NCBI GenBank assembly: GCA_001949185.1
Contig: BDGG01000003.1
Coordinates: forward strand, 4,523,092 to 4,587,091
Origin: Ramazzottius varieornatus
Lineage: Eukaryota; Animalia; Tardigrada
Reading direction: 5' to 3'
Length of the DNA stretch: 64,000 bases
The notes below the pieces were generated by a model that was not told the DNA's origin, ran no database searches, and was given only the letters and a program-made list of their open reading frames with translations. Below are positions 10,897 to 22,116 of the stretch, piece after piece (the first letter of the stretch is position 1; each line of letters opens with the position of its first letter). The position numbers were made by a program, and so were the translations under genes.

Positions 10897-13800
10897 ATGT
10901 TGGACCTAGGCAAAATCGTCAATTTAACGGCCAACGGGACCTTGGAGGACCTTGAAGAGACGACGACGCAGCTACCGTATATTCCTGTGGGTCTTGAGGT
11001 CACGCATCTGCCCGTGGACAATGGGTCCGCCTCTACGGGCTTCATGATCCTGGCTGGATGCATGGTCTGGTTCATGGTCCCTGGCTTGGCTCTCTTCTAT
11101 TCGGGGCTGTCCCGGCATACCAATGCCCTCTCGTTGATGATGCTGTGTATGCAAGGGATGGCCGTGGTGATTGTCCAATACTTCCTCTTTGGATTCAGTT
11201 TGGCCTGGGGCTTGAAAGGAAGAACTTTCGTTGGGGATTTCTACAGTGGAGCCTATAATAATCTGTATACCCACTCGTTTCCCAATACTTCACCCCAAAT
11301 TCCGGCCATCTGTACGTCATAAGTCATGCATCTCTTTCGTCGGTTGTTTCTATCCAGTGACCTATAGTCTCTCTTTTTCTTGCAGCCTTTGCCTTTTTTC
11401 AGATGATGGCGGCCAATATTGCCGCTGCTCTGATTTTCGGCTCGGTCCCCGAACGAGCGCGGTTCGCTCCTGCCATGGCAAGTCAGACGTTTGGTTTCGT
11501 CTCTGGGCAAAATTAGCGAGCTTTGATTGTTCCAGGTTTTCGTTTTCTGCTGGACAACATTCGTCTACGACTTTACGAGTTTCTGGGAATGGGCAGGTAA
11601 GCTATACAACTCTCCTACAGGATCCCGGCAAGCCAAGTTTTTCCAAGTGACGCACGTTCCTGGTGTTTTTGGTCGGAAGCCCGCGCCTTTTGGGAGAAAA
11701 ACTTTCTTGTCGAATTCCTTTGAACTTTACAAGAAAATTCAACTTTCAGATATTTTGATTTTTTGCAGATTACGGGTAAGTTCTAACCGAAGAGTTGATC
11801 GCGGTTCCTTCGTCTACTTTGGTTCGCTTTGCCAAGAAAAAAAATTTGTCGTGATGAAGAAACAATGCGGAGACCCAGAGGGCAAATGTCACTTTGACAG
11901 CTCTGCACGTGTGGGTTCGGTCAGGTGCACCTAATGAATGTAATTCATAAGAAAATTGGACGTTTTGCAGATGGCTGCGAAATATCGGCTGTCTCAGTCT
12001 GATCAACTCCAAGGAGGTTCCCTGTTTCAACGGAGTGTACGATTGGGCCGGTAACTCCATTCTATGCTTCTTTCAAACTTCCAAGATGCAACAGTCAAGT
12101 CTGCCTTTTCTATCGCAACCTCTTCATAGGAGGAGGACCAATTCACATCGCTTCGGGTTTCAGCGGCCTCGTCTACTGTTGGCTCCTGGGTAAACGCAAG
12201 CGCCTCCACGTCGAGAGGCACAACCTCGTCAATGTCTTCCTCGGCACGGGAATCATGTGGTTCGGGTGGCTGGCCGCCGCTGCCGGGTCAGCGGGTTCGT
12301 CCAACACCCGAGCGGCAATGGCGGCAATGGTGACGGCGATCGCTGCTGCAGTCGGTGGTCTTTCCTGGGTGTGGTTCGATTTCATCTTTACCCGGAAACT
12401 GGGCTGCCTGGGCTTCTGCTCTGGAGTCATAGCTGGCTTGGTGGGAATCTCTCCGGGCGCTGGCTTCGTCGCTCCTTGGTAAGGCAAGCCATTGTCAACT
12501 TGAAGCCCGCACACAATTCGACATGATTGCTTTTTTCCCAAGCGGCGCGCTCGTTCAGGCAGTTTAAAGGAAAGCATGCGCCACTTGGACAAACTCGGCA
12601 AAATTCCTTATCCAAGTGGCGCACCTTTGCAGTGTTATCGGCTGTAAGCGTGCGCCACTTGGGAAACAGGCTTGTCGAGTTTGATCGCCGAGCTCCCACC
12701 TTGTAATTGATATTAGATAGCAGAATATGGTTCATAAAGTTCTGGGTTTGACCTTTCGCAGGGCCGCAGTCGTCATTGGATTTTTGTCCAGTGTCCTTTG
12801 CAACTTATGGTGTCGCTTCCGCAGGGTGGGTAATTCCTTATAGATTCCCCCACATGACTTAAAACTCACGAGCCGTGGTTTTCAGAATACTCACATTGAT
12901 GATACGTTCGAAACATTCACGGTGCATGGATGCGCCGGTGTGCTAGGTATGATCTTCACGGGAATTTTCGCGCAGAAATGGATTGGTCAACTGGATGGAA
13001 CCACACTTCGGGGTATGAAAAATATTCGACAATCGTAAATACAATATTGAGGGACACTAAATTATTATACTGTGGTTTAAGCATGTCATATTTTTTTAGG
13101 TGGCTGGGTCGACCATCACTGGATGCAAGTTCCGTATCAACTGGTCGCTGCAGCTTCTGTTGTGAGCATATAGGGGATATGGGAACGAGCCATTCTGTGC
13201 TTTTCCATACGGTCTGCAGTATAAGGTTTTCTTTTTTAGGCAGCATGGTCGGCGGCAGTTACTTTCATATTACTGTTCGTCATAAATAAAATACCGGGTC
13301 TGCATCTTCGAGAGAGCGCGGAGGAGGAAGAAAAGGGCGGGGACTTCTCCGAAATGGGAGAGGTAAGCTAGCATGTCGGGAGACAAAACGTACAAGAGCA
13401 TTGTCTCAAGTGGCGCACCGTCTCATTGTTAGTGACCGGAAGCGTGCGCCACTTAAGACGTTTGTTTTCCGGTCTGGCTTTTTTTTCAGTTTTTCCGGCT
13501 TGATACCATCTCGCTGAACACAGTACTTTGCGTGCTGAACCTAAACTTGCTTGATAGGTTGCCTACATGCTGCTTATCTCCGAAGAAGGTAATGCGCCTG
13601 CCAATGAAGGAACTATTGAAACGCTGGGCGAACGCAGCGACGGTAAAGTCATCTCCACGGCCTCGGCTACCCGCACAGCAGACGAACCCGTTCCCTTCCA
13701 CAAGGAAACGCCCTTCCTGGACAACCTGACTCTGGGCCACCTTACAAAGAAATTTTACGAGCTCAATACAGACAACGAGGGTGGGAGGTTTGCCGTCACG

Positions 13801-14040
13801 GTTCACAAGATACCTCACGGCGCCACGGTGGTACAACCTGCAGGAACGACGCGTGGAACTGTGAAGAGGGACTCAAGCGGACAACTGGACGAAGTTAACG
13901 TAACCAAATCCAACAGGTCGAAAGTCCGGATGAACCCACTGGCAAGCGTCTTAGCGCCAAACAACAAGGACGATGAAGAAAGCAGAGATAAGAAAGAAAG
14001 TAATGGCACTGTGAAAGACGGGCAGACTGACCAGATTTAA
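10897..14040 (+). CDS. Ammonium transporter, Mep/AmtB (Amt2) type; ~11 exons including a 7-nt micro-exon
   Basis: Motifs MVPGLALFYSGL, FFQMM..I...LIFGSVPER, DWAGGGPIHIASG, HN...FLGTGIMWFGW, GVIAGLVGISPGAG, IDDTFETFTVHG, GWVDHHWMQ, LR....EEKGGD..EMGE. Confidence 0.95.
12500..12697. repeat. Palindromic element, double core, intronic
   Basis: Cores at ~12540 and 12614; ends cttgtcgagtttgatcgccgagctccc. Confidence 0.85.
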
Positions 14041-14596
14041 AAGTTTGCTGTAAAATATTCGCTGCGGTCGTGCAGTACCTTATCGTACGCGTGAAGTACA
14101 TCCTCGGTCCGGTATCACTTGCTGCGCAACCCCCCACGGGGGTGTTGTCGTCAAAGACATGTACGTACTGCGCGGACGTAGCGAATATTTACAGTATTTC
14201 AAGCTGCACTTGTGAGGTACGTTACGATGTCTGGTATATATACCCTGTGCATAATTTTTCTGTTATTTTTGCTAACATTTCTGACTCTTGCTGTGGTACC
14301 CAACGCAGTATTACCTGGCTTCTGTACATTTCTTCTCATCACGTATACTCTTACAAACAGCAAATTTCGGAAGAAACACAACAAGCAGGTATACACTATA
14401 CGAGTACTATAGAACAGGTTAGAAGCGCCTGTGCCCGAGGGCGTTCCGCATGAGCATTGGTGGCGCCACCATCAGTGCAAAGAGTTCCCGGTTGTGTCCA
14501 AGTGACCACGATGGCTCGTTCGATCACGGATCACTCAATCTTAGATCTGGGTTTTTGGCTCTGTTTGTGCGCAGTAAAAAAAGATATCTGTTGACC

Positions 14597-16735
14597 ATGG
14601 CTCTTCGATCGGAAGCCAGCGAGGAAAAGCCGGACCTCTCAAAGACAGGATATGCTGCTGGTGACCAAGTCATGGTCAACTCTCCATGGGTTTGGGCACT
14701 GGATGCCGAAAATTCCGGCTTGCATTGCGAACATTGCTTCAAACGGTAAGCGTCATCCTTTCTTAGAGGCAATTATCCAAATCTTTTGTTCGCGTTCTTT
14801 CTCGCCTACAGGTTTGACATGGAGAACTCCGTCCCACCCGTGAAATGTCGAGCATGTCAGCGAGTCACGTATTGCTCCTTGTCTTGCCTGGTTAGACTTA
14901 CTGGGAAGGAACATTAGCCCTCGTGTAGTCTGGCTGTGACGGGTCATTTTGTAGGTTGCCTCCTACAAAAAGCTTCATCGTTTCGAATGCGTCTTCTTGA
15001 AAGGAGCTTCCCCGCAAACAATGCGAAACATGACACGTCGTAACCGCTGTGTTTTACTGGCCCTTCTTATGGCGGAAGTGAGTCTTATGAGAGAGATCCA
15101 GCGTTGGTTTGTGTCATATTATAGTGGCGTCGCATCACCGAATGTTTTTTCCCTTTCAGGAACAGGGCGATGAAAACAGGGAAATGCTATGCGAACCGAG
15201 GATACCAGGACGGACATGGAAGCGTTTATTATCACGTTGGTACTTTTGGAAAGTTCATTATGCGATTGCCCCACATATTGAAGGATACGACAGTAGTTGT
15301 AACGACAGTTTTGAGTAAGAATTGGTTTGTAGACTGGAGTGAGTTCAAGAAGCGTCCGGATGTTGTACTGGCTGTGCGGCAGCTACTCCAGTTCCTTCGG
15401 GGCTTCGTGGGCGAAGCAGAATTCGAGAAACGGCGTGATGGTGTCTTCAGCTTTGACCATGTCGGTGAAGCTTTTGGCAAATTTGCCATCAATTCTTTCA
15501 CCGTTACCGATGATGACTTCAACGAAGTGGGATGCGGCATCTACTTGGCGGGATCCGTCTTTGATCATTCTTGCTGGCCGAATGCTAGCAAGTACTTTGT
15601 TGGAAAGGACCTTCACATATACGCAACACGCTCAGTTCGTTCCATTGAGGAAGTACGGTGCGTAGATTTGTTGGCTGTTACAGCTTTACTGTACAACGAA
15701 CAAGTGCAGAACTGCAAAATACAATTACCTTTAGGTGACGATCACGTACAAATTTATGTATCAACGGCCAGCTGCCCGAAGAGCTGAGCTGAAGAACCAG
15801 TACTTCTTTGACTGCATGTGCGAGGTCTGTGGGTCATCCGACAAAGTACTTAGACAGGTGGGGCCGCCCCAAAGTTGGGAAAACGAAGCTTAACCGGGGA
15901 AGATTGCTAACCCAAGTGGCGCATATCTTTGTTGATATTGGCTGCGAATGTGCGCCACTTTTGAATAATGGTCGAGTACGTTCGCGTTTGCCGGATCCCA
16001 CCTTTGCTTTGAGTCTGACTTGAACCTTTTCAATACATTACAGGAGCGATTTTTTGATGGTCAATTCATGGATGGACATTGTCACTATGCGGTAGAGGAA
16101 ACCAGTCGGAAATCTGGCGAAGCTTTGACGACGCTAGCTGGCGCTATGAACTTGCCCGATAAAAGTACGCATAACCACGACCAAATTCATAATTTTATTT
16201 TCTTAAGCATTTGCAATTGACATCTGTTTCGTTAGGAAAGTTGAAAGGCATTGTGAAATGCACGGCCAGCACCGTACTCGAAGCATGCGGTACACTGAGC
16301 GTCACCAACGCGGAAGTGAACGAGTACCTGGACCGCTGTGGGTTCCTGATGGACACCCTTCTCAATCAATCGGGAATCGCAGCTGTCATGTACGAACTTA
16401 CAGTCGTGGGTTACAGAAAGATCTTCCCCGAAGGTAGCTTTGAACTGTTGGTGCAGTTAAGACGATGGCTGGACTGCGCGATCAAGTCAAATAAAGGTCT
16501 GACTGGGAAGAAAGACTGGACTGAGACATCCAAACGAGCTATCGTTGCCTACGTCACTTCCGTTCGACCTTACCTGACCAATCCTCCGAAACTGCGATGT
16601 GACGAACAGATTAACTGGAATACTTTACTCAGTCTATCGGAAGAAATTCTTCGAATCGATCCAATGTTTTCTTGTTGGATCGACGACGAGAAAGAACTTA
16701 CTGAACAGTTGAAAAATTCGATTCGGAATTTATGA
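14597..16735 (+). CDS. SET and MYND domain lysine methyltransferase (SMYD family)
   Basis: MYND CEHC...CRAC..VTYCSLSC...LHRFEC; SET motif GCGIYLAGSVFDHSCWPNA; post-SET QYFFDCMCEVC; multi-exon. Confidence 0.9.
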
Positions 16736-16813
16736 TTTTTCAATATATTTATTTACAAATATCTTTTTTTAAGTTTATCTGTGCATTCTTTTACGGCTGG
16801 TCTAGAATAGAAT

Positions 16814-17747
16814 CTATCGGTATTCGCCAGCAGATGTGGTGGCTTCAGCCACGTGTCTTTGCGGGCTACCTAAGTCCGAGTTTCCTTCTTTACCCTTCTG
16901 CTTGTCTTGTACAGCGGGAAGTTCCATCCTGTATGGTGGAGGAGTACTGCCGTCGTCTCCGTAATTCTTTCCGTATTTCTCTTCCGCGATATGCTCGACG
17001 GTTTGAATGGCTTGAGCCTTAGCTTTCTGGGCATCGATCAAATCGAGACCCTTGGTTTCGACCAAACGTTCCACGGCAGCTGCCGCGAGACCCGCGAGAA
17101 TGTTCTTCATAATGCTGTGGTTGACGGGTTGTCCAGTCTGCTTGGCCTGATGTCTCTCGTACCTGTTTTTGATAAAGTTGAAGGTATAGAACTGAAAACG
17201 TGGATGGGTTATACGGCAGGCCGGTCAAAGACGTCGGGATGATCGTCGTCTCGAGTGGCGCACGGCTCTATCTAATCACTATGGTAACGTCACTAATGTG
17301 CGCCACTTGTGCTGACAATCATCCCGAGATGGCTTACCAGCCTTCCATACAGTACTGTACTCACATTCTCATCGCTTCAAAACCAGCAGCTGCAGCAATC
17401 AGCTCCCGGGTGTGTGAGCCGGTGTTCTTCGATGGCGTAACTGGAGTTCCTGAAGCTGGACTGATGTCAGTGTCGCTTACTCCCGACGAGGTCTTGCCGG
17501 AGTTGTTCTCTCCAAAGACCGCGCTATGGGCATCTTTGGCTTGACTGGTGCTGAAGTAACCTTGGACGTTCTTCAGTTGATCGAGAAGCCAAGGGAGGCT
17601 GATTTCTGCAGCCTGAAGTAAAACGGACGCGTGTACTTCTGTATCATTTTGACTCGACCTACAGTACAGCAGCGGACTTACGGTGCTTCGTTCTTGGAAT
17701 GAGAGGAGAACGGCCAAGGCAAGGAATATTCCGGTGTGAAACTGCAT
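16814..17747 (-). CDS. CipC-like / DUF3759 family protein with N-terminal signal peptide; 3 exons
   Basis: Exons 17747-17682, 17612-17365, 17162-16814 give HTRELIAAAAGFEAMRMYERHQAKQTGQPVNHSIMKNILAGLAAAAVERLVETKGLDLIDAQKAK, matching the CipC signature as I recall it. Confidence 0.85.
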
Positions 17748-18583
17748 TTTTCCTCTAACAGTATGCAACTGAGTAGCGAACTCAGTTGAGAAGGATGATG
17801 GAAAGTAGATGCGGGAAACCTGAGGAACTCGCTGCAACGTTTGAAAACAGCAGTTGCTGAAGCCGATGCTGAACCCTCGCTGCAAACCCGATCATTCATT
17901 CTGATCAGACTGCGCAGGTCTTATGTTCAGTCGAAGTTTCTTTCGACGTTGCGATATCCATCGCCCAGGTTAGAACCTTTGATCAACAGGACATTTTCCC
18001 TGTTTTCTGGAGATAACGATGAAAAGATTGGAATCGCCACTGGGCGGAAGTGACTAAGCCTAGCCCATTTGGTAAACCGTGGAAAAACTCCGATATTTGA
18101 GGTTCGAGCCCAGGACCTCCCAAGCAGAAACGCCCGTTCATGGCAGGGCAAATGGTGAACCCGTACTGAGCTTCCTGTGACGTAAAGCGTATGACATGAT
18201 TCATCAAATTCCACTGGTATTGCCGTCATTTTTTTCCAGCGAGCAGCTTCTTTTCGAGTTAACGTTTGACCCACTTTCTTATCAAACTGGCCATTTTCTT
18301 GGAGTTGAATCTGTAAAGAGCACTGTAAACTTGAGCTGCCCCCGAGCACCATCTCTCGTAGACGACCCTTGCGAAGGCTGAGGAATCGAGGGTTTCTTCC
18401 GATTGCTGATAACCATCTGCTGAGCTGGTTCAACTGTATGACATCACTGGAATGACAACATGTGAAGTTCTGGCTGAAGTAAGTTCCCACTTCGACAGTA
18501 GTCCATTCGATACCTACATTAATGAGTTCTGATTAGTTGTTTACAGCTTGGGATTGAATTGCCTCAAAGCAAGAGATCGCAGG

Positions 18584-20101
18584 ATGGAGTACGCCTCCAC
18601 AACGGCATGGAGTGCAGGAGCGTCGACATCACAGAGCGGATTCTCCTCATCTTCTTCAGCGGGAGGACACGTGGCAGAGCAGGCAAAGCTGGACTTTGAT
18701 CAAGCTATGCAGGACTTCCAGACAATGTTTCCCGATATGGATAGAGACTTGATCGAGCAAATCTTACGAGCTAACAACGGTGCAGTGGAGAGGACAATTG
18801 ATGAACTGCTCGCGCTGAACTCCCAACCTGGCGCATCCCTCACGGTGAATGTCAGCACTTCTTCTTCCGAAACTGCTCCCGCAGTTCCACCTAGACCTAT
18901 TCGACGAAAACGGTGGTATCCTCCACTGGTGGGCCCGTTGCCCGAGGGATTTCTACGGTAAGGAGTTGATCATCGAGAATAATTGCTTGTTTACCATGTA
19001 AATCAGTTCGTGACGTTGTTAGCACGTGAACTGGCGTGATGTCATAGGCCTCATGACTGTGATTACGACTGACGTGAGTTATTCGTCACGTGATCAGTTA
19101 CGTATTACCGCTTGCTCCTCTTGTATTGCTGCGCTGGCTTCTTGTGTGTGATCATGTTATGGTATGTCATGTCATGTCATGTCATGTCAGAGCTTACTGT
19201 TATACTGTAACACGTGTTTCCCGTCCTTTCTGGAAGTTTTGACTCTTAAACTTTGTTGTTCTTCGTCCAGTCTTTCACTGTCACAACCTGTCAGAATGCC
19301 GCATCAAGCATACAACCCACCTCGCAGCAACGAAATCATGAGCTCAGTGGGACCTGTCATCGATCCAAAGAAGACTTCCAGTTCGAGCTCGATTAGTCTC
19401 CGAGGAAAGTTCACATCGAAGAAGAAGAGTCTTAGTCCTGCTACTCCCGCACTTTCTACCAGTCCCGAGACCGCTAGTCACTTCAACGAAGAGAACTTTA
19501 ATAACCTCATGCAGGACGAAGACTTCTTGACAGAACTACAGAAGGACGAAGAGTTCATGCAGGCTCTTCAAAAAGACGCCAAAGCTAGAGCTGTCGCTGG
19601 ACGCGAGAACTCGGCCTTCTTACCAGGTGTTGACAATTCGCCGAATAGCGGAGCTGCTCCACACGAAGACGCAACAGACTTCCAGAGCAAATTGAAAAAG
19701 AACATGGGAATGTGTAAGCATTCTGGACGTCGACAGATGAATCGCGCGTGATCGTTTTATAAGTGGCGCACCTCCCCATTGTTGGTGGCTAAAGTGTGCG
19801 CCACTTGGGAAAATCATTATGTTCAAGTCATCTGCAGACCTCCCGTTGCTAATTTCCTCCGGAGATCGAAGCTTACCGATTGGTTTTTATTGTAGCATCA
19901 AAGCAAAGGCTTAGTATGTTCACCAAGCAGCTCTCCCTGGGCAAGAAGAAGTCAGCCAAGAATATCATGAATAAAGCTAACCCGTCGTCATATGACCATC
20001 TGATTGAAGATAGCAACAGTCTGGTTTCCGATGATGACGATGATCACCTAGCCGAAGGAACTTCTCATGTGCGCCTGGAAAAGAAAAACTCACAGATATG
20101 A
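18584..20101 (+). CDS. CUEDC1: CUE domain-containing protein 1-like; 3 coding exons
   Basis: LDFDQAMQDFQTMFPDMDRDLIEQILRANNGAVERTIDELL (CUE); WYPPLVGPLPEGFLR; QDEEFMQALQKD; KNMG..SKQR. Confidence 0.9.
19164..19188. repeat. (ATGTC)5 microsatellite, intronic
   Basis: Read directly from the sequence. Confidence 0.9.
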
Positions 20102-20648
20102 GACTTGTTCTAGCTTGAGCTCTATGTAGTTGGGTACAATGTTGCGAAGAGCTCCTATTTTTTGATTTGCATTGCTGTTGCTGTTACTGTACTGTATGTT
20201 TTGTTTCAATTTTGACCAGGAAGTGTTTGAGTGTCATTAATTGTTGAATGCTCCATTGGCTAGCAAGGCTTCCCTTTATGTTTCAATAGAATCTGCTTTT
20301 CTAATTTAGTTTTATTTTTTAACTATATCGGGTTGGTGGGTTTTGTGCTCTCTGAAGAAGAGTCTAGCCGTTTTTTTGTCTTTTTTATTGTGGTTGTTTT
20401 CGTTTTATCGCTGTTCTGAACGATCATTTCTTCCTCAATAAAGAATTATGAGATTATGAGTGTGAAAAAGGTCCTTCGAAATTCGGGTCTGCTTTCTCCG
20501 GGTCTCCGACCATGACGATGGGGCCTCGGCAAATGAATCCAACCTTATCGTTACGCCAAATGGCGCACGTTTACATTGTTATTGGCTGAAAATCTGCGCC
20601 ACTTGAGAAAACGTTCGTCCTCAAGTAATCTACCGACGTTCTAAACTA

Positions 20649-21428
20649 CATAGGGGGTTCAAGAAGTTTTAAAGCTGCGTTCACCAGAAATTCTGTCGTC
20701 GTTCGATCTCGCCAAATTTTTGCCTTAAGTGAAAGCTACTTATGGGAAATACTGCAAAATTGGAGACTAGGCTGAAAAGTCATTGGTTGAAAACTTTGTA
20801 AGGTATATGAAGGGAAGGTCTTTTTAGGGCTCCACGTTCTAGAAAACGTTTCGTAGTTTCTTCCCCATTGCACGTTTGAATTTGGCTTCAGCTCTGAATG
20901 AAAGAGGGATGTCTGGTGGCTAATTTCGGAAGAAGGAATACATGCCGGACCGCTGTCAAGGCTCGGAAAAAAATTTCATTTTCGCACCAGGTGAAAATGC
21001 GCAAGTGAAACGGGGAAAACCAGCTGGTGCATCACCTGATCACCAGCCGAATTTTGCAAACTTTTCTGTTTCAACGCCAGGTTTCCACTCCTGATGAAAG
21101 CTAGTTTTCACTCTGTCTTCCCTTCACACTCCATTTGCTTTTTGTCGAAGCGCTTGAAATCATCTATCTCAGATATTCGAGAAACAACATTTCCACCATC
21201 GGCGCGCATAGCGTAAGGATAACAATGCAAAATGCGCGATTTTACGAAGAAAATTGAAAAACAGTTTTTCTCATCTTTTCAAAAAATTATTTCTCCTTCT
21301 GTGCGAGTGCCAGGTACCTCGTCTTTTGAGGATAGTGGTTATAAGGGATGGTCTATCTCTGAAAAGCGTGCTCTGGAAATTAGCAGTTTCAGGTGGGCCA
21401 TGCCTTAAAACTTATTGAACCCTCTATG
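20649..21428. mobile_element. 780-bp non-autonomous TIR DNA transposon with TA TSD (Tc1/mariner-like)
   Basis: TA|CATAGGGGGTTCAAGAAGTTTTAA ... TTAAAACTTATTGAACCCTCTATG|TA; 24-bp TIR with 2 mismatches; AT-richer interior with no ORF of 60 aa or more. Confidence 0.8.
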
Positions 21429-22005
21429 TATGTGGGGAAAAATTAAAGTCGGTCGATCTGAATCAGTTTCATGCTTGAAGATCATGCGCTTTTATTGGCG
21501 GAAATTTTTAGTTTTCTACAATGTCGTCATTACGACTAAGAATCCGGTGTCAAGGTGTTTACAAGGGTTTTACGTTTGATGTTTCTCCCGCCAACTTGCA
21601 TAAGACTTGGTAGCATAATTATTTCTTTTAACGTGCCATCTTGTTCTCCAACGAGTCAATTTATTCTATTTATTCTTCTATCGTCATTCCGCCGATTCTA
21701 TTGACAACGTGACAATATCGGCGCCGGTAGAACCGACAAACAAAGGAGGAGCTATCGATTTGTCTCAGTAATGGTTGCTGAATGATTTTACCAATTTTCT
21801 ACAAGCAACGCCGCCAACAAGTACCAATGCGGTGAACTGCTGCCTTTTGATTTCCGAAAGTAACTACTCGACGATCAATTAAACTAGCCACAGGGAACAT
21901 TTGTCACACCAGAAGATCGATGCGTATGGCTGGCAGCTTCTGTATGCCATAACAGTGGAACCGTGTACCGGAACTGCATTCTGAGGACCAAAACAACGTC
22001 TTAGG

Positions 22006-22046
22006 TATAAAAGCCCCACCAGTATGCGTTTTTATCATTATCAGTT
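22006..22046 (+). promoter_or_regulatory. TATA box plus arthropod-type Inr upstream of secreted paralog 2
   Basis: TATAAAA at 22006; TCATT/TCAGTT at 22035-22046; ATG at 22117. Confidence 0.55.
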
Positions 22047-22116
22047 TTTCCCCAACTGAGTTCCTCAGTCATTTAGCTGATCTCTTTCTTCCCAGCGAAA
22101 CCTGCGCGCAATTAAA

